Shown: positions 20,636 through 29,795, counted from the stretch's first letter. The stretch is DNA of 64,000 nucleotides from an uncultured Nitrospiraceae bacterium (GCA_963727775.1 CAVSHB010000001.1:960001-1024000); one strand, 5' to 3'. Notes: generated by a model not told the origin, from the letters alone. Numbers and translations are program-made.

Positions 20636-21721
20636 CTACGAACTACCGCTGCTTACTCCTTTCTTTTTTAACCTAACGGGCATATAACCGCAAAAAGGCT
20701 CTTCTTCGAGATAATCTCCTTTAACGGCATAGGCCCTTGCCCTGCATCCGCCGCATACGGTCACATATTCACATGAACCGCACTTCCCTTTATATTTTTT
20801 GAAATCGCGCAATTCCTTGAAAAGTTCCGAATTTTCCCATATGTCCTTGAAAGACTGAGTCCTGATGTTCCCGGCAGGCTTTGGGAAATAACTGCACGGC
20901 AGCACATTTCCGTCCACGTCAATGAGCGCGATAAGCTGCCCTGCAATGCACCCCTTTGATCCGCCTGTAGAAAATTTGAGCGTTCTCCTCTCAAATTTCG
21001 AACTCTCTTCTTTTGATTTCTGTAAAACGATCCTGTAATAATGCGGGGCGCATGTCGGCCGCACCAGTAGTTTGTCTTCATCTTTTTCCATCCGGTAGTG
21101 CCACTCCAGGATTTTTTCATAATCTTCCTTGGAGATAAGTTCGTTCATAATCTCTTCACCCCTTCCCGTAGGGACTATCATAAACAGATACCAGGCAGTC
21201 GCACCGAGTTCTTTTGCGAGCCTGTATATCTTCGGAATCTCTTCCTGGTTCCTTTTTGTAAAGGATGAATTAATGATAAACTCGATGCCGTATTTCTTGA
21301 ATAACTTCGCGGCATTTATTGTGCCGGCGAACGCGCCCTTCTGGCTCCTGAAATCGTCATGCACCGCTTCTTCAGACCCGTCAAGGCTGAGAGAAACAAT
21401 TTTGATCCCCGAGTCCTTTATCTTCTCGCATATGCCGTCTGTTACGACAGTGCCGTTTGTTGCAAGACACATCCTCAGGCCTTTGTTCGTGCCGTACCTG
21501 GCGATCTCAAATACATCCTCTCTCAGCAAAGGTTCTCCGCCGGAAAGGACAATAACAGGTTTCGCATAACTCGTAATATCGTCAATGACCCTGTAGGCTT
21601 CCTCAGTAGGGAAATCCGGATGGGCCTTTACTTCAAGCTCTGAAGAAGAACGGCAGTGGACGCATCTGAGATTGCATCTCCTTGTTATTTCCCATGCTAT
21701 CCATTTGGGTGTAAATTCCAT
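20636..21721 (-). CDS. Radical SAM/SPASM heme-biosynthesis protein (AhbD-like)
   Basis: [27 protein letters not shown] cysteines ending CGGCRARAY; adjacent to hemE/hemH. Confidence 0.8.
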   Translation of the reverse strand: MEFTPKWIAWEITRRCNLRCVHCRSSSELEVKAHPDFPTEEAYRVIDDITSYAKPVIVLSGGEPLLREDVFEIARYGTNKGLRMCLATNGTVVTDGICEKIKDSGIKIVSLSLDGSEEAVHDDFRSQKGAFAGTINAAKLFKKYGIEFIINSSFTKRNQEEIPKIYRLAKELGATAWYLFMIVPTGRGEEIMNELISKEDYEKILEWHYRMEKDEDKLLVRPTCAPHYYRIVLQKSKEESSKFERRTLKFSTGGSKGCIAGQLIALIDVDGNVLPCSYFPKPAGNIRTQSFKDIWENSELFKELRDFKKYKGKCGSCEYVTVCGGCRARAYAVKGDYLEEEPFCGYMPVRLKKKGVSSGSS

Positions 21722-21740
21722 TTAATCTCCGATCTTTAAA

Positions 21741-23378
21741 TTAATCATATTTATTAACCTCTGCCAAATTCCTGTCCCATACGTATTCCTCCAGCGCCTT
21801 GAGCAACGGCCCGAATGTCGACGTATCGAGGGCGGATATTGTGACGGCATTATAGCGCACAGCGAGATTTTGCGCCTCTTCATTGCTGATTTTGTCCGTT
21901 TTGTTAAAGACAATGAGCCTCGGTTTTTCATAGAGCTGCAAGTCCCTGAGAACGTTTTCAACAGATTCTATGTGCCGCTCATAGCGAGGATTTGAGGCAT
22001 CGACCAGGTGCAGTAATAAATCCGCATCTTCAAGTTCCTCAAGCGTCGCCCTGAATGCAGCCATGAGATCTTTCGGCAGATCCCGGATGAAACCAACCGT
22101 ATCAGTGACAACGACGTCCCTTTCCCTCGGCAGTCTCAGCCGTCTGCTCGCGGTATCGAGCGTTGCAAACAGTTTGTCTTCAACAAATACATAGCTTTTT
22201 GTGATGGAATTCAGGAGAGTTGATTTCCCTGCGTTCGTATATCCCACGATTGATACGATAGGGATGCCGGCTTCGACCCGCCGGTGTTTTCTCTGTTTCC
22301 TCGCTTCTACCAGGGATTTGAGTTCTTTTTCAAGAAGGGATATCCTGTCGCGTACGCGCCGTCTGTCGATCTCGAGTTTCATTTCACCGGGACCCCTCCC
22401 GCCGATGCCGCCCATAAGCCGGGACATGGCAGTACCTTTTCCCGTCAATCTTGGAAGCCTGTATTTAAGCTGCGCGAGTTCGACCTGGACCTTTCCGTCT
22501 CTGCTGTGGGCGCGCCTTGCAAAGATGTCCAGTATCAGCTGAGAACGGTCTATTACTTTAAGCTCCGTAAGCTCTCCGACTGCCTTTACCTGTGAAGGGC
22601 TTAATTCCTGATCGAATATCAGGAGAGTCGCCCCTTTATTAAGGGCGTTGATAATTAACTCCTTTAATTTCCCCTCACCCATGAGATACCTCGGGTTTAT
22701 ATCTTTCGGCCTTTGGATGACCGTATCAAGCACGAGGACGTCGCTTGAGCGGGCAAGCTCTCTTAATTCTTCGATGGAATCTTCCTGTTCATACCTGGAA
22801 GATTTCGAAACACTTACGAGTATTGCCCGTTCCCGTTTTTCATCCGGACTGAAAACCCTGTGTCTTTCCATCTCATCCTCCAAAGAACGTATAAAGGATG
22901 GAAAGTCGAAATCAAAGGTATAGAAATTCTGTTCACGCATGATTTCGAATGGCTTTGTCCCGGTAGGCATCAGATGGGCAGTAAAAATGTTTCCGGGAAG
23001 ACCGTTCCTGACTCCTATCGCCGCGAGGAGGTCGAGCCTGAGAAGGGAAAGGTCCGTAAGGTCATCCTGGTTCAAGGCTTCTTCATCCAGGTGGGTATGA
23101 ACGAGCCGGATTCCCCTCAATGCCTTCCTGCCAAGGGGATAATCTTCAAGTCCGGGTATAAATATTCCCTTAGCATCTCCGACAATGACATGCGTGACCT
23201 TGCCTGCCCTATTAATAAGAACGCCTATCTGCCGGTTTATTTCAGCGGAGAGTTCCGTTAAGTATCTTGCAAGCTCATGGGTTATTAATTCGTGTGGTAT
23301 CTTCCTTCTGTATATTCTTTCAAGAGAGTTCAGATAACTGGACTTAAGCCCTGACAAATTTCCGTAAAGTGCTGGTAT
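21741..23378 (-). CDS. hflX: GTPase HflX (long N-terminal form), probable ATA start
   Basis: LILDIFA, GYTNAGKS, LFATLD, DTVGF, NKTD; GGAGG 5 nt before an in-frame ATA at 23378 (ORF track starts at TTG 23357). Confidence 0.93.
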   Translation of the reverse strand: MPALYGNLSGLKSSYLNSLERIYRRKIPHELITHELARYLTELSAEINRQIGVLINRAGKVTHVIVGDAKGIFIPGLEDYPLGRKALRGIRLVHTHLDEEALNQDDLTDLSLLRLDLLAAIGVRNGLPGNIFTAHLMPTGTKPFEIMREQNFYTFDFDFPSFIRSLEDEMERHRVFSPDEKRERAILVSVSKSSRYEQEDSIEELRELARSSDVLVLDTVIQRPKDINPRYLMGEGKLKELIINALNKGATLLIFDQELSPSQVKAVGELTELKVIDRSQLILDIFARRAHSRDGKVQVELAQLKYRLPRLTGKGTAMSRLMGGIGGRGPGEMKLEIDRRRVRDRISLLEKELKSLVEARKQRKHRRVEAGIPIVSIVGYTNAGKSTLLNSITKSYVFVEDKLFATLDTASRRLRLPRERDVVVTDTVGFIRDLPKDLMAAFRATLEELEDADLLLHLVDASNPRYERHIESVENVLRDLQLYEKPRLIVFNKTDKISNEEAQNLAVRYNAVTISALDTSTFGPLLKALEEYVWDRNLAEVNKYD

Positions 23379-23515
23379 AATAGCCTCCGATAATATTTAT
23401 AATATATTCTATCATAAGAATTTTTGAAATTATCAAAAAAGTAGACTCTCTTTATATTGCAGGACGAAAGTTTGTCATGAAGGATTACCTGGATTGAATT
23501 CGGAAGGAGGGTGAT

Positions 23516-24058
23516 ATGAAAATTATTGCGGAACGTACTGTGGATGGAAAAACTTTGCGCCTTATCCAGGGTGATATAACGGAAAGGGACGCAGAGGCAA
23601 TAGTAAACGCAGCCAATTCATATCTCCAGCACGGCGGGGGAGTCGCCGGCGCCATTGTGCGAAAGGGCGGGCAGATTATCCAGGAGGAGAGCGACAAAAT
23701 CGGATACGTTCCGGTTGGAGGAGCTGCCGTCACTGTTGCCGGCAAACTGCCTGCGAAATTCGTTATCCATGCAGTGGGCCCGAGAATGGGGGAGGGAGAC
23801 GAGGACAACAAGCTGAAAAGCGCGGTCCGCAGCAGCCTGCGGCTTGCATCGGAAAAAGGATTGAAGAGCATCTCCATCCCGGCCATAAGCTCCGGCATAT
23901 TCGGGTTCCCAAAGGACAGATGCGCGCTGATACTCATTCAGGAGACCCTGAAATATATCAGGGAGAATCCTCACAGCAGCATAGAAACAATCGAATTCTG
24001 TATTTATGACGATCTTACCATCGGTTACTTTCAAAATGAGTTTCAGGGAATCGGCTAA
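23516..24058 (+). CDS. Macro domain protein (O-acetyl-ADP-ribose deacetylase-like)
   Basis: GDIT, IVNAAN, GGGVAGAI, VIHAVGP, PAISSGIFGFP. Confidence 0.93.
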   Translation: MKIIAERTVDGKTLRLIQGDITERDAEAIVNAANSYLQHGGGVAGAIVRKGGQIIQEESDKIGYVPVGGAAVTVAGKLPAKFVIHAVGPRMGEGDEDNKLKSAVRSSLRLASEKGLKSISIPAISSGIFGFPKDRCALILIQETLKYIRENPHSSIETIEFCIYDDLTIGYFQNEFQGIG

Positions 24059-24141
24059 AGTTTAAGTTGAAAAAAAGCATAGGATTTGTGAAAATTATAC
24101 TCGCCTTTTAAAGAACAGTTGCAGGAGAATATTTACCAAAG

Positions 24142-25290
24142 ATGAAAAATAGAATGCATGACATAATTATAGTCGGAAGCGGTCCGGTAGGCGGGTATAC
24201 CGCATATTTACTGGCAAAAGAGGGTTTTGATGTAGGCATATTCGAGAAAAATCCATTTATAGGGAAGGATATAAACTGTACCGGCATTATTAGTGTCGAA
24301 TGTCTTAATAAACTTAATCTTGGAAGTGATGTCGTTGTCAGACCGATAAATTCCATTAAGGCGGTCTCTCCATCGGAAAACTTCCTGAGATATCAATCCT
24401 TAACCCCTTTGGCATACGTTGTGGATAGAAGTCTTTTTGACACAAAGATGAACAGTATGGCTGTGAGAGAAGGAGCAACAACCTATCTCAATTCTAAAGT
24501 CGTTATGGTCGATATTTCTGATAGTGCTTTTAAAATAAAGGTAAAGTCGGAAGGCGGGGAGCAAATATTCAGTTCAAAAATAGGGGTTATCGCTTCCGGG
24601 TTTGAAGTAAATTCTTTTCGGGGTGTGATCGAGAAACCAAAAAATATTCTGTTCGGTGCACAGACAGATGTGGAAATGTGCGATGTCGATGATGTCGAGG
24701 TCTACTTTGGAGAGAACATTGCACCCGGATCATTCGGATGGGTTGTGCCGACAAGCGATATGTCGGCAAAAATCGGCCTCATTGTGAAAAAAAATCCGGC
24801 GGGCTTATTAGGGAAATTCCTGAAAAATCCGTTAATTTCCCGCAGGCTCGGCTCCTTTGCCGGAAATATAAGATGCAGCCCCATTCCGGTCAGGAGGGTC
24901 CCGAAGAGTTACGCGGAAAGGCTTGTTATTGTAGGGGAAGCAGCAGGTCAGGTCAAAGCCACGACAGGAGGAGGGATTTATTTCGGGCTTCTCTGCGCGG
25001 AGATTGCGGCAGACACTATCATTAAAGCGTTCACGAGCGGAGATTTCAGTGAAAAGATGCTCAAAGAATACGAGTTGGCATGGAGGAAGAAGCTTGATCC
25101 TGAATTAAGGGCGGGAATTATGCTGAGGAATATATTTTCAAAATTGTCGGACAGTCAGATCGATTTCCTCATGGACCTCGCAAAGAGAGACGGTGTCCTG
25201 CCGTTGATCCAAAAGGCCCACTTCGACTGGCACCGGGATCTTATCACCTATCTCATCCGCCATCTCATCAAGAAAAATCTTTTCAGATAA
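24142..25290 (+). CDS. Geranylgeranyl reductase-family FAD oxidoreductase
   Basis: GSGPVG Rossmann motif, DRSLFD, FGWVVP, GEAAGQVKATTGGGI. Confidence 0.85.
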   Translation: MKNRMHDIIIVGSGPVGGYTAYLLAKEGFDVGIFEKNPFIGKDINCTGIISVECLNKLNLGSDVVVRPINSIKAVSPSENFLRYQSLTPLAYVVDRSLFDTKMNSMAVREGATTYLNSKVVMVDISDSAFKIKVKSEGGEQIFSSKIGVIASGFEVNSFRGVIEKPKNILFGAQTDVEMCDVDDVEVYFGENIAPGSFGWVVPTSDMSAKIGLIVKKNPAGLLGKFLKNPLISRRLGSFAGNIRCSPIPVRRVPKSYAERLVIVGEAAGQVKATTGGGIYFGLLCAEIAADTIIKAFTSGDFSEKMLKEYELAWRKKLDPELRAGIMLRNIFSKLSDSQIDFLMDLAKRDGVLPLIQKAHFDWHRDLITYLIRHLIKKNLFR

Positions 25291-25327
25291 CAGATCGTCA
25301 ATATCCCAATCCGGCGGAGGGATTTGT

Positions 25328-25666
25328 CTATTCAGGAATTATAATAATCGCGGTATTCACTCCCCTGGTGATATATTTTACCGTTACCCTGTCCCCCCTT
25401 TTAATATCGGCAAGCATCCGCTGATCGGCCATGATGGTAATCCCATCTACTGTCAGATACTTTGCTGCCGCATCAGTTGCCGTAACCCTACCGGTAACCT
25501 GTTTTATCTTCTTATGACTCGTGGCCTTCTTTTTCTTTTTATCCTTGTCTTTAGCTTTATCCTTATCTACGATCGCAGTTGAGTCATCAGCCCCTGCCAC
25601 AAAGGAGGGCGGGGTAAGTGTAAATATAAACAGTAAGGAAATTACAACTGCCATTGCTTTCCGCAT
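25328..25666 (-). CDS. Exported hypothetical protein (Lys-rich linker, small beta-barrel-like C-terminus)
   Basis: Signal peptide; C-terminal pattern VTGRV..IKRGDRVTVKY. Confidence 0.65.
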   Translation of the reverse strand: MRKAMAVVISLLFIFTLTPPSFVAGADDSTAIVDKDKAKDKDKKKKKATSHKKIKQVTGRVTATDAAAKYLTVDGITIMADQRMLADIKRGDRVTVKYITRGVNTAIIIIPE

Positions 25667-25739
25667 TATAATTGCTCTTTTTTTTTACACATAAAACGTG
25701 AACTATGACAGGCAATCGACTGTCCGCACGAGTGAATTG

Positions 25740-25961
25740 CTATGCCTGTTCTCTGGATTCGCGTAATGCTTCTAATATTTCCTTTCGGGTTATCTTCTTG
25801 CCTAAGCCCAAAACATCAAATGGAGACCGCAGACCCTTAGATTTTGGGACAATGGAAAACATATCACCCTTACGACGACGAATTACAACTTCTTCTTTCT
25901 TTGATTCTTCAAGAATATCCGCCAGTTTTTCCCGCGCCTTAGAATACGTATATATTTTCAT
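25740..25961 (-). CDS. Phd/YefM-family antitoxin
   Basis: MKIYTYSKAREKLADILE..EVVIRRR pattern; directly follows a PIN gene. Confidence 0.8.
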   Translation of the reverse strand: MKIYTYSKAREKLADILEESKKEEVVIRRRKGDMFSIVPKSKGLRSPFDVLGLGKKITRKEILEALRESREQA

Positions 25962-25964
25962 AAA

Positions 25965-26354
25965 TCATTCCACCACCTTTATTCCAAGATTTCTTGCAAC
26001 ATCACACATGCGGTTATCAAGGCTGATAAGCGGCAATCTGTTTTCAATACAACATTGCACATAATAAGCATCATATGCATATATATTGAACCGAAGGGCA
26101 ATTTTCATAGCATCAGATATCTGCACCGGCACTATCTTAACCGGAATTTTCTGAGAGATATCGAATGCACGAAGGATTTCACGGTCGGTGAGACGCCCTT
26201 TTCTTCTCACAGCGATTAAAGCATTGCCAATCTCATAGGGCAAGACTTCCGGAGAAATTATGCTATATCCGGCTGTCTTTTCAATAATCCATCCACGATC
26301 ATTCTCGTCAAGGGCAATTGATAAAAATACGCTTGCATCCGAAACAATTTCCAT
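25965..26354 (-). CDS. VapC/PIN-domain toxin
   Basis: Acidic PIN motifs VSDASV, PYEIGNAL, YAYDAYY, LISLD. Confidence 0.88.
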   Translation of the reverse strand: MEIVSDASVFLSIALDENDRGWIIEKTAGYSIISPEVLPYEIGNALIAVRRKGRLTDREILRAFDISQKIPVKIVPVQISDAMKIALRFNIYAYDAYYVQCCIENRLPLISLDNRMCDVARNLGIKVVE

Positions 26355-26483
26355 GATTTAATTGTACAACTCATCTTTATAGTTGTCAATATGCGTTGCT
26401 GTTGAATAGTTGAGGTCTTATAGGCCGCAGTTGGGGTGTCTCAATGGACTAGCGGTACTGGAAAAGACGTACCTATCTTCAGC

Positions 26484-26801
26484 GATGATGAACTACTTCG
26501 GTATCGCTGTGAAGTATAACGATGTCGTTGAACTGGCTCACTGGTTCAGAAGACGTATCCGCATGTGCTATCACGAAAGCTTTCGGGATGGCGCAGGGCG
26601 AAGGAGCGAATCGGTGAACTGATTAAGCTCGGCGCGCCAAGATATCATGCGATTCTTACTGGGTTGAGCAGTAAAGGCTATTGGCATCTTGCGAAAACTC
26701 TGTCGACGAATTGCGGTTTGGGCAACGACTGCTTGCAGAAGCAGGGGCTCACTTCCATACGAACATTGTGGATTGGGATTCACTATCCGACCAAGACGTG
26801 A
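26484..26801 (+). pseudogene. C-terminal (maturase/domain X) fragment of a group IIC intron reverse transcriptase, frameshifted
   Basis: MNYFG..HWFRRRIRMCY in one frame, WRR..LIKLG..SSKGYWHLAKT..GLTSIRTLWIGIHYP in another; RT core absent. Confidence 0.85.
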
Positions 26802-26826
26802 TCAGGTCTTTGCCGGGGATTTCTAC

Positions 26827-26886
26827 GAAACGCCCATTGCGGACCCGCACGATGGGTGTTGTGGGGAGGGACGGTTAATTATCGCC
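26827..26886 (+). ncRNA. Group II intron domains V-VI remnant (class IIC-like)
   Basis: GAAACGCCCATTGCGGACCCGCACGATGGGTGTTGTGGGGAGGG: short domain V hairpin with CGC triad; domain VI 3' arm eroded. Confidence 0.8.
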
Positions 26887-26907
26887 TTCGGTTAAATATT
26901 TACCAGG

Positions 26908-28026
26908 CTATATGCGTCTCAGCCCGGGGATCGCCGGATAAAGGAACCAGAGATAGCGCTGATGAAAACCCGCTCTGGATTTAATAATCGGTTTATATAT
27001 TAAATCCGTGCTGTATGGGTGCGTTGCGTTAAAAAATTTTTTTGCAAGATAGCACAGCCACCACCATTGGTTCACGCGGCGGAATTCCTGCAAAGCTTTA
27101 TCTTTGTCTTTTATTGCGATTGTGGCGATTTTCCCGGACACGAGCGCGCCATGAACGCCTAAAACCCAGGAGGGATCCTGAACACCCGCCAGCGTTCCCG
27201 TGAGAATAAACCGATCATGAAAAAGCCGTGGATTGAGCAATGAACCCGTGGGCGTACCCACATAATCCTCGATTATTCTCCAATCGCTGAAATCCAATCC
27301 CTCGTCCTCTTTCAGCCGCCTTGGAAACCACTCCTGGGCCGCTGCGGAAATGCTCGCTCCCCGCTGAAAGAGAATCGCGGCCCCTATGCCGTTGATAATG
27401 GTGAAATAGCCGTAATCTTTCGTATATTTATCCAGATATACGATTGCTTCCGGTCCTTGATATTGCTTGAATTCTTGAATGGCAAAATACGCATACGCCG
27501 GCACGAACGGCACATCGAGAGCGATAAAGGACTGACGGAACATGCCGGTCGCGATAATGCTTCCCGAAGGGAGTTCGGAAAAATCCTTCTTGGACTCCAC
27601 GGCCACGTTATATCGGAATTTTACTCCCGCATTGCGGGCGGTATGATACAGATGGGAATCAAGCGAGGATGACCGCGCACCGCGTTCGACGAGTTTCATG
27701 TGCAAAGCCTCCGGGAAATGCATTTCGCATTTTGTTCCAGAAATATAAAAACGCGCCGAGGGTAACGGGGTAAAATAGTCGATATGATTGCTTTTTTCTG
27801 TATCGGGCAAGAGATCAAACCCAAGATAGTGCGATAGCCGTTCGATATCGAATGGTGTCATGTCGGCAATCGCAAATGGTCTTTTCAGTCTTGCTTCCTG
27901 GTCCAGGGCGACACCGCCGATAGCATTTCCCTTGTCCCAGATTTCAACTTCATAGCCGTCGCGGGCCAAACAGATTCCCGCGGTCATCCCCGAAAGACTG
28001 GCGCCGACGATAAGTATTTTACTCAT
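26908..28026 (-). CDS. FAD/NAD(P)-binding oxidoreductase
   Basis: N-terminal ILIVGASLSG Rossmann motif, ERG..SLD, GTLAGVQDP..GVHGALVSG. Confidence 0.75.
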   Translation of the reverse strand: MSKILIVGASLSGMTAGICLARDGYEVEIWDKGNAIGGVALDQEARLKRPFAIADMTPFDIERLSHYLGFDLLPDTEKSNHIDYFTPLPSARFYISGTKCEMHFPEALHMKLVERGARSSSLDSHLYHTARNAGVKFRYNVAVESKKDFSELPSGSIIATGMFRQSFIALDVPFVPAYAYFAIQEFKQYQGPEAIVYLDKYTKDYGYFTIINGIGAAILFQRGASISAAAQEWFPRRLKEDEGLDFSDWRIIEDYVGTPTGSLLNPRLFHDRFILTGTLAGVQDPSWVLGVHGALVSGKIATIAIKDKDKALQEFRRVNQWWWLCYLAKKFFNATHPYSTDLIYKPIIKSRAGFHQRYLWFLYPAIPGLRRI

Positions 28027-28151
28027 AATTCTTCACCATTGCTTTGATTCGGCTCTTTCAGGCATTACTCCGCTGGCGCTTATCAGCCTTGTCTCTATAC
28101 GACTTGCTGCGCTCTTGCCCCCCTCCTACTCGCCGAGCAACCTACGCCAAC

Positions 28152-28310
28152 GAGTCTGTAGAATAAGTCCTCTTTGATACCAAGTACCGAAATTTAGGGG
28201 GTCTCTTACCCCTTCGACAGTCCGAGATCGTTTAATATAGCGCATTCTACGCATTCGATTTTTTCAATCTCATAACAAATATTTTGTCAAGTGGCTTTTT
28301 CTACAGCTTC
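28152..28310. mobile_element. 159-bp IR-bounded non-coding element inserted in an attC core site
   Basis: Ends GAGTCTGTAGAATAAG / CTTTTTCTACAGCTTC; AAC on both flanks (28149-28151, 28311-28313). Confidence 0.6.
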
Positions 28311-28396
28311 AACGTGATAAATCAGCGGCGCAGGCAACTACCTTTGTGAAAATTAAACAGAGGCTAATCTGCGTCCGCTGGATTTTTTTGTTAGAT
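28307..28396 (-). other. attC site of cassette 2
   Basis: Minus strand ATCTAAC..CAGCGGACGCAG..CTGCGCCGCTG..GTT; ATCTAAC is the exact complement of the cassette start GTTAGAT. Confidence 0.85.
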
Positions 28397-28661
28397 GAGT
28401 ATTTGTCTTAAATTGCAAGGGATATTTCTCAGGGTTTTCGAGATTGTCAATTTCTAAATCAACATCTAAATCTGGCCAGTATAAATGAAAACCATGGAGC
28501 AATTGAACATTTTGAATGGAATGCAATGTTTGATCTTTAAAGTAAGGATATTGTTTATAGCTCAGAAAATATTCCTTTTCTTTTACAAAAAGCCATATGC
28601 CGAAAGGTGTTATATTTTCAACGCTTACTGAAATGCTTTTGCCAGGCTTTGATAATTTCAT
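28353..28661 (-). CDS. DUF2442-family protein (putative antitoxin)
   Basis: GIWL..EYFLSYKQYPYF..HLYWPDLDVDL..LENPEKYPL; reading frame runs into the attC. Confidence 0.8.
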   Translation of the reverse strand: MKLSKPGKSISVSVENITPFGIWLFVKEKEYFLSYKQYPYFKDQTLHSIQNVQLLHGFHLYWPDLDVDLEIDNLENPEKYPLQFKTNTHLTKKSSGRRLASV

Positions 28662-28859
28662 TTTTCTGCTCCTCGACAATTTCTTTAATGTCATATAATT
28701 TTTTTGTATTTAACCCATGATATACAGCTAATGATATTATAGGTTCTATCCAAAATTAGCCTCTCCATCCTCACATGTCACATGGATATGAATCCTTTCC
28801 TCTTCATTTGACAGGAAATAAAATCTATATCCCTTTTCCCTAAATATCGTCGGACTCAT
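28618..28859 (-). pseudogene. DUF4160-family gene with a 1-bp deletion
   Basis: MSPTIFREKGYRFYFLSNEEERIHIHV..GEA, then frameshift near 28755; adding one base restores FWIEP..EIIKAWQKHF. Confidence 0.85.
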
Positions 28860-28896
28860 ATTACTGTCATTTAATACAAATTATGATTTTTTTTCA

Positions 28897-29002
28897 ATCT
28901 AACGGAAAGCTCACCTGCGCGGCGGGTAGGAAGATAGACACCAGAAGCCTTCTCGGACATGGCACGATATTCCTCCGCGTCAGGTGCAGCGCCGGGTTAT
29001 GA
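28897..29002 (-). other. attC site of cassette 1
   Basis: Minus strand TCATAAC..GCT(G)CACCTG(A)CGCGG..CCGCGCAGGTGAGC..GTTAGAT with two extrahelical bases; the gene's TAA stop lies in the inverse core. Confidence 0.9.
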
Positions 29003-29683
29003 CCCCGCCTTTGCTCCTTTCTGCTGTGTCGCCTTCTGCAAATAAGAATACAGCTTTATCTTCTCTTGACCTTCGCTTTCGCTAAGAAGCTGATCAAACG
29101 CTATGCTGTTGAAGAGGCATTTTTTAAAATCGATCACATCACCGGGTGCAGCTAACAGTAGCTGGCCGAAAACGCTGCCAAAACACGCCTCGTGTGCTAT
29201 GTTGCATATTTCTTCCAATGTCTTCAGAAAAGCCTCGTCCTCTCCTTCAGGAAAGGCTCCCAACGGCTTTCCCGCCAGAAAGGCTTCCTTATCCGAATGC
29301 GCCAACAACTTGTTTCTTGCTTGAAGCACATAGCCTCGAAAAACTTTTGTCTTTTCACTCAACACCCTGAGTTTGTCCTTTGCAGGAGGAGGCCAGTCAA
29401 TACTCATTACAAGATTCTCGACCGTGAAATTCTCGTTCTTGCCGCTTTTTGGAGGGTCTGTTATCTTTACGAATTCCAACAGCAAGTAATTCTGCAGAAT
29501 CGTATTTAGATGAGAAAAGAAAGACGATGCCGTCTTTTTCACGAGGACACGGGAATCCTCTTTCTCGAAGAGCTCTGCATACATATGATGTGTAATTCGT
29601 AGCCAAAAGACCTGGTTGCAAAACGTCTCAACCATGTCCTTTGCGTTCTTATCGCTATGCAATGTTATCTTGAGCATGGTCAT
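28997..29683 (-). CDS. HEPN-domain protein (AbiU2-like), integron cassette
   Basis: Helical protein with RNKLLAH (R-x5-H) motif, plus ASSFF and LLEFVKITD patterns. Confidence 0.7.
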   Translation of the reverse strand: MTMLKITLHSDKNAKDMVETFCNQVFWLRITHHMYAELFEKEDSRVLVKKTASSFFSHLNTILQNYLLLEFVKITDPPKSGKNENFTVENLVMSIDWPPPAKDKLRVLSEKTKVFRGYVLQARNKLLAHSDKEAFLAGKPLGAFPEGEDEAFLKTLEEICNIAHEACFGSVFGQLLLAAPGDVIDFKKCLFNSIAFDQLLSESEGQEKIKLYSYLQKATQQKGAKAGS

Positions 29684-29689
29684 TCTCGA

Positions 29690-29725
29690 TCATAACAATA
29701 TTATTAACTGGTTTCTCGTTATCAT
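29690..29725 (-). other. Putative attI site
   Basis: GTTATGA core (29696-29690) is the exact complement of cassette 1 inverse core TCATAAC; lies upstream of the divergent intI remnant; full extent uncertain. Confidence 0.7.
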
Positions 29726-29750
29726 ACGCAACGACTAAAGATAATGCAAT

Positions 29751-29795
29751 AAATTTGAACAATTATTAGGCATATGCTTATAATTGTTCAAATTT
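29751..29795. promoter_or_regulatory. 45-bp palindrome containing a putative intI promoter
   Basis: Perfect 16-bp arms AAATTTGAACAATTAT / ATAATTGTTCAAATTT; TTGAAC-N18-TATAAT on the plus strand. Confidence 0.6.

Noticed and set aside
9638..24058. NUDIX plus macro domain as an ADP-ribosylation defence system
   Set aside because: The genes are 13 kb apart among housekeeping genes and no ADP-ribosyltransferase was seen
26410..26895. Retron or other functional RT system
   Set aside because: Only a frameshifted maturase tail and intron domains V/VI remain; no RT catalytic core
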